Origin: a virus
Taxonomy: Duplodnaviria; Heunggongvirae; Uroviricota; Caudoviricetes
Direction: 5' to 3' (one strand)
IMG/VR virus record: IMGVR_UViG_2660238215_000005
DNA: 14,235 bases
The position numbers and the translations under genes were made by a program. Shown here piece after piece: positions 7,413-14,235 of the stretch; the stretch's first letter is position 1, and every line of letters begins with the position of its first letter. Under the pieces are notes generated by a model. That model made no database searches. It was not told the origin of the DNA and saw only the letters and a program-made list of their open reading frames with translations.

Positions 7413-8165
7413 ATGGCAACACCAAATCCCCTTGAGCCGGTAAAAGGTGCCGGTACCACTCTGTGGGTTTACAACGGCAAGGGTGATGCTTATGCAAACC
7501 CGTTGTCAGACGATGACTGGCAGCGACTGGCTAAGGTGAAGGATCTGACGCCGGGCGAGATGACGGCAGAACCCTACGATGATAACTACCTGGATGATGA
7601 AGACGCGGACTGGACCGCGACCGGGCAGGGGCAGAAGTCTGCAGGAGATACCAGTTTTACGCTGGCCTGGAAACCGGGAGAAGAAGGTCAGAAAGGGCTT
7701 ATAGGCTGGTTTGAAAGCGGGGATGTGCGGGCCTATAAAATCCGTTTCCCAAATGGCACGGTGGATGTGTTCCGTGGCTGGGTCAGCAGTATCGGTAAGG
7801 CCGTGACGGCGAAAGAAGTGATCACCCGCACGGTGAAAGTCACTAACGTGGGCAAACCTTCCGTGGCGGAAGAACGCAGCGAAATTACGCCGGCCACTGC
7901 AATTAAGGTGACACCGACATCCGGTACGGTGGCAAAAGGGAAAACAACCACCCTGACGGTTTCTTTTGAGCCGGAAAGTGCAACCGACAAGACGTTCAGA
8001 GCGGTTTCCGCCGATCCGTCGAAAGCCACCATTAGTGTGAAAGATATGACAATTACGGTAAACGGCGTGGCGACAGGTAAGGTGCAGATCCCTGTGGTGA
8101 GCGGAAATGGTCAGTTCGCCGCAGTGGCTGAAGTCACCGTTACTGAAGCGGGCGCTGCAGGGTAA
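7413..8165 (+). CDS. major tail tube protein (lambda gpV-like) with C-terminal Ig-like (Big_2-type) domain
   Basis: 250 aa, near-collinear with lambda V ([76 protein letters not shown], and so on). Confidence 0.9.
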   Translation: MATPNPLEPVKGAGTTLWVYNGKGDAYANPLSDDDWQRLAKVKDLTPGEMTAEPYDDNYLDDEDADWTATGQGQKSAGDTSFTLAWKPGEEGQKGLIGWFESGDVRAYKIRFPNGTVDVFRGWVSSIGKAVTAKEVITRTVKVTNVGKPSVAEERSEITPATAIKVTPTSGTVAKGKTTTLTVSFEPESATDKTFRAVSADPSKATISVKDMTITVNGVATGKVQIPVVSGNGQFAAVAEVTVTEAGAAG

Positions 8166-8178
8166 ACGGAGGTAATAC

Positions 8179-8601
8179 ATGTTTCTGAAAACAGAACAAT
8201 TTGAATATAACGGTGTGTCCGTCACGCTTTCCGAATTGTCTGCGCTGCAGCGGTTTGATTATATAAAGTTTGTTTCAGACGCAGAACAACAGGAGACAAC
8301 GAAGCATGATGTCGTGCACATTAACCAGCGATATCTGGAAACGGCATCCCTGCTTGTGGCGATGTCGCTATGGCATTCCCATTCCCTCAAAGGCACTCTG
8401 GCCTCTCCGGAGACAGAGATGCAGCAGATCCGCCGTGAAGTGATGCTGGGATGGCCTGCTGATGCACTGAATCAGGCAACGAACCGGGTGCTTTATCTTT
8501 CAGGTATGCTGGATAACCGGCACGATGCCGATCCTGAACCAACCGGGAAAACAGAAGCGACTGAGCCGGTAACATCAAAAAAGCATTCGAAGGCGAGCTG
8601 A
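8179..8601 (+). CDS. tail assembly chaperone (lambda gpG-like)
   Basis: 140 aa; N-terminus MFLKTEQFEYNGVSVTLSELSALQR matches lambda G; GGAGG ribosome-binding site. Confidence 0.85.
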   Translation: MFLKTEQFEYNGVSVTLSELSALQRFDYIKFVSDAEQQETTKHDVVHINQRYLETASLLVAMSLWHSHSLKGTLASPETEMQQIRREVMLGWPADALNQATNRVLYLSGMLDNRHDADPEPTGKTEATEPVTSKKHSKAS

Positions 8602-8936
8602 ACTTTGTCCTGAAACTGGCGCGTGAGATGGGGAGAGCCGACTGGCGCGCCATGCTTGCCGGGATGACATCCACCGAATATGCCGACTGGCGACGTTTTT
8701 ACTGCACGCATTATTTTCAGGATACCCAGCTGGATATGCATTTTTCCGGGCTGATGTACGCCGTACTCAGCCTGTTTTTTTGCGATCCGGATATGCATCC
8801 GGCGGATTTCAGCCTGTTCGCTCCGGAGGCAGAGGAAGGACAGGCGGAGACGCCGGACGAAAATGATGTACTGATGCAGAAGGCGGCGGGCCTCGCCGGT
8901 GGAGTCCGTTTCGGGGAGGAGGGAAGGAGGTTGTGA
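8179..8936 (+). CDS. tail assembly chaperone G-T fusion made by programmed -1 ribosomal frameshift
   Basis: Slippery heptamer A_AAA_AAG at 8577-8583, in the G frame, lies 5 codons before the G stop. The -1 frame is open from 8565 to TGA at 8934-8936 and encodes ...FEGELNFVLKLAREMGRADWRAMLAGM..., matching the lambda gpT portion. Confidence 0.75.
8577..8583 (+). promoter_or_regulatory. -1 frameshift slippery site A AAA AAG (dnaX-type heptamer)
   Basis: X_XXY_YYZ heptamer in the zero frame of G; the upstream GGGAAA at 8545-8550 cannot serve because the -1 frame has a stop at 8562-8564. Confidence 0.7.
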
Positions 8937-8979
8937 CAGTTATTGATGGTATCAGAGGACATTTCAGGAGGTGACCACG

Positions 8980-11625
8980 ATGGCAGGTAATTTTGCCGAT
9001 CTGACAGCCGTGCTGACACTGGATTCTGCCCGTTTTTCTGAAGAGGCAGCGCGGGTAAAAAAAGAGCTGGGTGAAACCAGTGCGCTTGCTGATTTGATGT
9101 CCGGGAAAGTCAGTCAGTCTTTCAGAAAACAGGCTGATGCTGCTGAGCAGAGTCTGAGCCGACAGGCGCTGGCTGCACAAAAAGCCGGGATATCAGTCGG
9201 ACAGTATAAGGCTGCCATGCGCACACTGCCCGCACAGTTCACGGATATTGTCACTCAGCTTGCCGGTGGTCAGAATCCCTTCCTTATCATGCTGCAGCAG
9301 GGGGGGCAGATCAGCGATTCATTCGGTGGACCGCTCAGCCTGCTTACCCTGCTGAAGGAGGAACTTCTCGGGATCAGGGATGCCTCTGAATCATCAGAGG
9401 AGTCGCTGTCAGATACGGCAAATGCACTGGCTGAAAATGCCCGGAATGCCGGTGAGCTGGGACGATTTATGTCGGTGGCCCGTGTGGCGGCAGGTGGCGG
9501 GGTTGCCGTACTGGCCGCGCTTGCTGCCGCCGCCTGGCAGGCAGAGCAGGCTGACCGGGCCTTATTGCGTTCACTGACCCTGACCGGAGGGGCTGCTGCC
9601 ACCACAACGGCAGAATTGTGGAAAATGGCCGGGGTGATCAGCGATGAAGCCGGTGGTGGTATCAGACAGGCGGCAGAAAATCTGGCCCGTCTGGCAGAAA
9701 GCGGGAAATATACCGCCGGGCAGCTACGGATCATGGGGGAAACCTCTCAGAGATGGCTGCAGACGGTGGGGGACGATGCCGGGAAGGTGGAAAAAGCCTT
9801 TGAAGGGATTGCAGCAGATCCGGTGAAGGCGCTGGCCTCCCTGAATCAGCAGTATAACTTCCTGAGCGTTTCCCAGTTACGCCATATTGATGAGCTTGAG
9901 CGCACGAAAGGTAAACAGGCTGCGGTGACGGAGGCGATGTCCCTGTTTGCGGATGTCATGAATGCACGTCTGGAGCAACTTGATAAAGCGGCCACGCCGG
10001 TGGAAAAAATCTGGGACGATGTTAAAACCTGGACTTCTGACGCATGGGCATGGATAGGTGATCATACACTGGGGGCACTCAGTCTGATCACTGACGTGGT
10101 GGCAGGAACCGTTGAACAGGTGAAGCTGCTGCTTGTGCAGGGGGATCTGGCGCTGGCTGAATTTATTCAGTCAGCCTGGGAAACGACAAAGAATGTGCCC
10201 GGCGTTGGTGCGTTGTTTGGTGAACTGGCAGAAGAGAACCGCGTATTTATTGAGAAAACAAAACGTGATGAACTGGCGCTGAGAAAATCCATTGCGGAAC
10301 GGGATGCGCGTATACGCCAGGGGGAAATGGGGTACATCAACCGTTCGCGTGCAACAGGCGTCAGCAAAGGTCCGGGGCAGCAGGAAGCCGTCAGCCGTCT
10401 GGCTGAAGAGCTGACAGGTAAAAAGCATACATCACCGAAAACGCGCTCTGCCGGGGAGAGGGAAGAGGAGCAGGCAAGAGAGGCTCTGCTTGCCCTTGAA
10501 GCTGAGCTCAGGACGCTGGAAAAACACAGCGGTGCGAATGAGAAAATCAGCCGGCAGCGCCGTGATTTATGGAAGGCGGAAAGTCAGTATGCGGTCCTGA
10601 AAGAGGCTGCCACGAAACGACAGTTATCTGAGCAGGAAAAATCCCTGCTGGCGCATAAAGACGAGACGCTGGAGTACAAACGCCAGCTGGCTGAGCTGGG
10701 CGACAAGGTTGAATACCAGAAACGCCTGAATGAGCTGGCACAGCAGGCGGTGCGGTTTGAAGAGCAGCAGAGCTCGAAGCAGGCCGCCATCAGCGCAAAA
10801 GCCCGCGGTCTCACTGACCGTCAGGCGCAGCGGGAGTCTGAAGCGCAGCGTCTTCGGGACGTGTACGGTGATAATCCGGCTGCGCTGGCGAAGGCCACAT
10901 CGGCACTGAAGAACACCTGGTCTGCGGAGGAGCAGCTTCGTGGAAGCTGGATGGCCGGGCTGAAGTCCGGCTGGGGCGAGTGGGCGGAAAGTGCGACGGA
11001 CAGTTTTTCGCAGGTTAAAAGTGCTGCCACGCAGACCTTTGACGGTATTGCACAGAATATGGCGGCGATGCTGACCGGTGCAGAGGCAGACTGGCGGGGA
11101 TTCACCCGTTCGGTGCTGTCCATGATGACAGAAATCCTGCTTAAACAGGCCATGGTGGGCATTGTCGGGCGTATCGGCAGCGCCATTGGCGGTGCTTTCG
11201 GTGGTGGTGCATCTGCTTCCTCGGGGACGGCCATTGAGGCTGCGGCGGCGAACTTCCATTTCGCGACCGGAGGATTTACGGGGACGGGCGGCAAATATGA
11301 GCCTGCGGGGATAGTTCACCGCGGGGAGTTTGTTTTCACGAAAGAGGCAACCAGCCGGATAGGTGTGGGGAATCTTTACCGTCTGATGCGCGGCTATGCG
11401 GAAGGTGGTTATGTGGGTGGTGCCGGAAGTCCGGCGCAGATGCGGCGGGCGGAAGGTATTAATTTTAATCAGAACAATCACGTGGTGATTCAGAACGACG
11501 GTATCAACGGACAGGCGGGGCCGCAGCTGATGAAGGCGGTGTATGACATGGCCCGCAAGGGGGCGCAGGATGAGCTCCGGCTGCAGTTGCGTGATGGCGG
11601 TATGTTATCAGGGAGCGGGCGATGA
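8980..11625 (+). CDS. tail tape measure protein (lambda gpH-like)
   Basis: About 881 aa from ATG 8980 (AGGAGG at 8966-8971); long collinear identity with lambda H (SLSRQALAAQKAGISVGQYKAAMR, LQAELRTLEKHSGANEKIS, LLKQAMVGIVGRIGSAIGG, HRGEFVFTKEATSRIGVGNLYRLMRGYA). Confidence 0.9.
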   Translation: MAGNFADLTAVLTLDSARFSEEAARVKKELGETSALADLMSGKVSQSFRKQADAAEQSLSRQALAAQKAGISVGQYKAAMRTLPAQFTDIVTQLAGGQNPFLIMLQQGGQISDSFGGPLSLLTLLKEELLGIRDASESSEESLSDTANALAENARNAGELGRFMSVARVAAGGGVAVLAALAAAAWQAEQADRALLRSLTLTGGAAATTTAELWKMAGVISDEAGGGIRQAAENLARLAESGKYTAGQLRIMGETSQRWLQTVGDDAGKVEKAFEGIAADPVKALASLNQQYNFLSVSQLRHIDELERTKGKQAAVTEAMSLFADVMNARLEQLDKAATPVEKIWDDVKTWTSDAWAWIGDHTLGALSLITDVVAGTVEQVKLLLVQGDLALAEFIQSAWETTKNVPGVGALFGELAEENRVFIEKTKRDELALRKSIAERDARIRQGEMGYINRSRATGVSKGPGQQEAVSRLAEELTGKKHTSPKTRSAGEREEEQAREALLALEAELRTLEKHSGANEKISRQRRDLWKAESQYAVLKEAATKRQLSEQEKSLLAHKDETLEYKRQLAELGDKVEYQKRLNELAQQAVRFEEQQSSKQAAISAKARGLTDRQAQRESEAQRLRDVYGDNPAALAKATSALKNTWSAEEQLRGSWMAGLKSGWGEWAESATDSFSQVKSAATQTFDGIAQNMAAMLTGAEADWRGFTRSVLSMMTEILLKQAMVGIVGRIGSAIGGAFGGGASASSGTAIEAAAANFHFATGGFTGTGGKYEPAGIVHRGEFVFTKEATSRIGVGNLYRLMRGYAEGGYVGGAGSPAQMRRAEGINFNQNNHVVIQNDGINGQAGPQLMKAVYDMARKGAQDELRLQLRDGGMLSGSGR

Positions 11626-11951
11626 AAACATTTCGCTGGAAAGTGAAGCCGGATATGGAGGTGAACTCGCAGCCATCGGTGCGTGAAGTGCGTTTTGGTG
11701 ACGGGTACTCACAGCGTATGGCGGCAGGGCTGAATGCTGACCTGAAAACATACCGGGTGACGCTTTCCGTGACCCGGGAGGAGGCCCGGCATCTGGAAGC
11801 GTTTCTGGCAGAGCACGGGGGCTGGAAGGCATTTTTGTGGAAGCCACCCTATGCATACCGGCAGATAAAGGTGACCTGTGCCGGGTGGTCTGCGCGGGTC
11901 GGGATGTTGCGCGTTGAGTTCAGCGCGGAGTTTAAGCAGGTGGTGAACTGA
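11622..11951 (+). CDS. minor tail protein (lambda gpM-like)
   Basis: 109 aa, MKTFRWKVKP...VREVRFGDGYSQR...LRVEFSAEF.QVVN, nearly identical in layout to lambda M; ATGA overlap with the H stop. Confidence 0.9.
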   Translation: MKTFRWKVKPDMEVNSQPSVREVRFGDGYSQRMAAGLNADLKTYRVTLSVTREEARHLEAFLAEHGGWKAFLWKPPYAYRQIKVTCAGWSARVGMLRVEFSAEFKQVVN

Positions 11952-12649
11952 TGCAGGATATTCACGAAGAAACTCTTAACGAGTCGGTTAAGTCAGAGCA
12001 GTCACCGCGGGTGGTGCTCTGGGAAATCGACCTGACGGTGCAGGGCGGTGAGCGGTATTTTTTCTGCAATGAGCTGAATGAAAAAGGGGAGCCGGTGACC
12101 TGGCAGGGGCGGCAATATCAGGCATACCCGATTGAGGGGAGTGGCTTTGAGATGAACGGAAAGGGCAGCAGTGCCCGCCCGTCGCTGACAGTGTCCAATC
12201 TTTTCGGCCTTGTCACCGGGATGGCGGAGGATTTGCAGAGCCTGGTGGGTGCCACGGTGGTCCGCCGCCGGGTGTATGCGCGTTTTCTGGATGCGGTGAA
12301 CTTTGTGGCAGGCAATCCGGAGGCCGACCCGGAGCAGGAGCTGACTGACCGGTGGGTGGTGGAGCAGATGTCATCGCTGACGGCCATGACGGCCTCGTTT
12401 GTGCTGGCCACACCGACCGAGACGGACGGGGCGCTGTTTCCCGGTCGCATCATGCTGGCGAACACCTGTATGTGGGATTACCGGGGAGATGAATGCGGGT
12501 ATAACGGTCCTGCGGTGGCGGATGAGTTCGACAACCCCACCACGGATATCCGTAAGGACAGATGCAGCAAGTGCATGCGCGGGTGTGAGATGCGCGGCAT
12601 GGTGGCTAATTTTGGCGGTTTCCTTTCCATTAATAAACTTTCGCAGTAA
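11951..12649 (+). CDS. minor tail protein (lambda gpL-like)
   Basis: 232 aa, same length as lambda L; conserved C-terminal cysteine cluster (CMWDYRGDEC...CSKCMRGC) and terminal FGGFLSINKLSQ. Confidence 0.9.
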   Translation: MQDIHEETLNESVKSEQSPRVVLWEIDLTVQGGERYFFCNELNEKGEPVTWQGRQYQAYPIEGSGFEMNGKGSSARPSLTVSNLFGLVTGMAEDLQSLVGATVVRRRVYARFLDAVNFVAGNPEADPEQELTDRWVVEQMSSLTAMTASFVLATPTETDGALFPGRIMLANTCMWDYRGDECGYNGPAVADEFDNPTTDIRKDRCSKCMRGCEMRGMVANFGGFLSINKLSQ

Positions 12650-12653
12650 ATCC

Positions 12654-13397
12654 ATGACAGAGACAGAATCAGCGATTCTGGCGCATGCCCGGCGGTGTGC
12701 GCCTGCGGAGTCTTGCGGCTTCGTGATAAGCACGCCGGAGGGTGACCGGTACCAGCCGTGCGTGAATATCTCTGCAGAGCCTGAGGCATATTTTCGTATT
12801 GCACCGGAAGACTGGCTGCGGGCAGAGATGCAGGGGGAGATTGTGGCACTGGTCCACAGCCATCCCGGTGGCCTGCCCTGGCTGAGCGAGGCCGACCGGC
12901 GGCTGCAGATAAAAAGTGCACTGTCCTGGTGGCTGGTCTGCCGGGGTGACATTCACAAATTCCGCTGTGTGCCACATCTGACAGGACGGCGCTTTGAGCA
13001 CGGGGTGACGGACTGTTACACGCTGTTCCGGGATGCTTATCATCTGGCGGGGACTGAAATGCCGGATTTTCATCGCGAGGATGACTGGTGGCGCAACGGT
13101 CAGAACCTGTACCTGGACAATATGGCGGCGACTGGTTTTTACCGGATTTCCCTGCCTTCCGCACAGCCTGGCGATATCCTGCTGTGCTGCTTTGGCGCAT
13201 CGGTGGCCAATCATGCCGCCATATACTGCGGCAACGGTGAACTGCTTCACCATATACCTGAACAACTGAGTAAACGGGAGAGGTATTCTGAAAAATGGCA
13301 ACGACGAACGCATTCTGTCTGGCGTCACCGCCACTGGTCCGCATCTGCCTTCACGGGGATTTACAACGATTTGGTCGCCGCCTCAGCCTGTATGTGA
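12654..13397 (+). CDS. tail tip assembly protein (lambda gpK-like; JAMM/MPN plus NlpC/P60-like motifs)
   Basis: ATG at 12654 directly after the L stop (the six-frame ORF opens further upstream at 12399 with no support). JAMM motif HSHPGG-x5-S-x2-D plus a Cys/His pattern consistent with an NlpC/P60 domain. The 3' end overlaps the I gene by 103 bp, as in lambda. Confidence 0.85.
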   Translation: MTETESAILAHARRCAPAESCGFVISTPEGDRYQPCVNISAEPEAYFRIAPEDWLRAEMQGEIVALVHSHPGGLPWLSEADRRLQIKSALSWWLVCRGDIHKFRCVPHLTGRRFEHGVTDCYTLFRDAYHLAGTEMPDFHREDDWWRNGQNLYLDNMAATGFYRISLPSAQPGDILLCCFGASVANHAAIYCGNGELLHHIPEQLSKRERYSEKWQRRTHSVWRHRHWSASAFTGIYNDLVAASACM

Positions 13398-13978
13398 ACA
13401 CGGCAGCGGAGGCCATCCGTGCCCTGTCGCTGCAGGTGCCAGGATTCCGCGGTCAGATGAACGAAGGCTGGTACCAGATACGTATTGCCGGTGAGGATAC
13501 CGCGCCGGAGGCGGTGTATGCCCGTCTTCATGAGCCACTGAGCGGGAGGGCCGTGATTCATATTGTACCGCGGCTGGCAGGGGCCGGGGGAAATGGTGTT
13601 TTTCAGGTGGTGCTGGGGGCAGCAGCCATCGTGGGCTCTTTCTTCACCGCCGGCGCAACGATGGCGTTGTGGGGCGCAGCCCTGAGTGCCGGAGCGCTGA
13701 CTGCCACCACGATGCTGTTCTCACTGGGGGCCAGCATGATACTGGGCGGTGTGGCCCAGATGCTGGCCCCGAAGGCAAAAACACCGGATTACCGCGCAAC
13801 GGATAACGGTAAACAGAACACGTATTTTTCGTCACTGGACAATATGATTGCCCAGGGTAACCCGATGCCGGTGCCTTACGGGGAAATGCTGGTTGGCTCC
13901 CGGCGAATCTCCCAGGACATCAGTACCCGTGATGAAGGCGGTGGCGGAAAGGTCGTGGTTATCGGGCGGCAGGGGTAA
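13295..13978 (+). CDS. tail assembly protein (lambda gpI-like)
   Basis: 227 aa; RICL.GDLQRFGRR at the N-terminus, a hydrophobic Gly/Ala-rich centre and C-terminal KQNTYFSSLDNM...YGEM.VGSR match lambda I. Confidence 0.85.
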   Translation: MATTNAFCLASPPLVRICLHGDLQRFGRRLSLYVNTAAEAIRALSLQVPGFRGQMNEGWYQIRIAGEDTAPEAVYARLHEPLSGRAVIHIVPRLAGAGGNGVFQVVLGAAAIVGSFFTAGATMALWGAALSAGALTATTMLFSLGASMILGGVAQMLAPKAKTPDYRATDNGKQNTYFSSLDNMIAQGNPMPVPYGEMLVGSRRISQDISTRDEGGGGKVVVIGRQG

Positions 13979-13991
13979 AGCATAAAAAAAT

Positions 13992-14015
13992 CCCGCAGTG
14001 TATGGAGGCTGCGGG
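13992..14015 (-). terminator. hairpin CCCGCAG-N10-CTGCGGG with an adjacent A7/T7 run; terminator-like for a minus-strand transcript
   Basis: 7-bp stem and 10-nt loop; the A7 run at 13984-13990 becomes a U-tract after the hairpin on the minus strand. No convincing minus-strand gene is visible inside the window. Confidence 0.35.
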
Positions 14016-14149
14016 AACAGAAAATGAAGATTAACCACAGGGAGTTTTGTTTTTATTGGCCCGAAAAAACTGTAACGCCCGGGAATGATATCTGCCACGG
14101 GGGCGTACAGAAAATGTGAAGAAATTCAGAAATTTTATTCCGTCATGAC

Positions 14150-14175
14150 ACAGGCACCCTCCGGGGTGCCTGTTT
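14150..14175 (+). terminator. hairpin ACAGGCACCC-TCCG-GGGTGCCTGT followed by TT; candidate intrinsic terminator for the tail operon
   Basis: 10-bp GC-rich stem with a 4-nt loop; the downstream U-tract is short (UGUUUG), so efficiency is uncertain. Confidence 0.35.
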
Positions 14176-14235
14176 GAACCGCCCCGGGTTTCCTGGAGAG
14201 TATTTTATCTGTGAACTCAGGCTGCCAGATCATTA

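Noticed and set aside
8545-8551. GGGAAAA as the G-T frameshift site, by analogy with lambda GGGAAAG
   Set aside because: It is not in X_XXY_YYZ register in the G frame, and the -1 frame has a TGA at 8562-8564 downstream of it, so a shift there would terminate immediately.
10624-11481. 285-aa minus-strand ORF inside the tape measure gene, with similar long antisense ORFs at 7506-8225, 5021-5701, 12478-13344 and 1227-1799
   Set aside because: These are shadow ORFs in GC-rich coding DNA: Arg/Pro/Cys-rich low-complexity translations, no ribosome-binding sites, fully overlapped by strongly supported + strand structural genes.
12399-12653. Upstream extension of the K reading frame (six-frame ORF starting at 12399)
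   Set aside because: The extension lies inside the L gene in another frame and has no homology; the ATG at 12654 immediately after the L stop gives an N-terminus (MTETESAILAHARRCAPAESCGF) matching lambda K.
13832-14098. 88-aa minus-strand ORF spanning the gpI 3' end and the downstream spacer
   Set aside because: It is antisense to the gpI coding sequence and runs through the terminator-like hairpin at 13992-14015; no ribosome-binding site.
1-14235. CRISPR arrays, tRNA or tmRNA genes, integrase or attachment sites, transposases or IS elements
   Set aside because: No direct-repeat/spacer architecture, no tRNA-like cloverleaf (no GTTCGAATC-type T-loop found in the junction hairpins), and no recombinase-sized ORFs were found in the window.

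Overview
This window is the late (morphogenesis) region of a lambda-like siphovirus prophage, all on the + strand and nearly collinear with phage lambda. Reading left to right: a GC-rich cos-like motif and AT-rich leader (1-222); an orphan 93-aa ORF at the position where the small terminase subunit would sit (223-504); an AT-rich, palindrome- and repeat-dense non-coding junction (505-878); a 5'-truncated terminase large subunit retaining only the C-terminal nuclease half (879-2000); then W-like head-tail joining, portal, a ClpP-like protease/scaffold/major-capsid fusion, a small head protein, a head-tail connector, Z, U, V, G and G-T (with a -1 frameshift), tape measure H, M, L, K and I (1997-13978). 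The window ends with about 250 bp of hairpin-rich non-coding DNA and no J-like tail-tip gene. No tRNA, rRNA, CRISPR array, integrase or transposase was seen. The most unusual part is the left junction: the terminase ATPase half is missing and replaced by the orphan ORF plus a dense array of dyad symmetries; I could not identify a complete defence or other novel system from sequence alone. All homology calls rest on recalled lambda protein sequences, visible motifs and synteny; no database search was possible.
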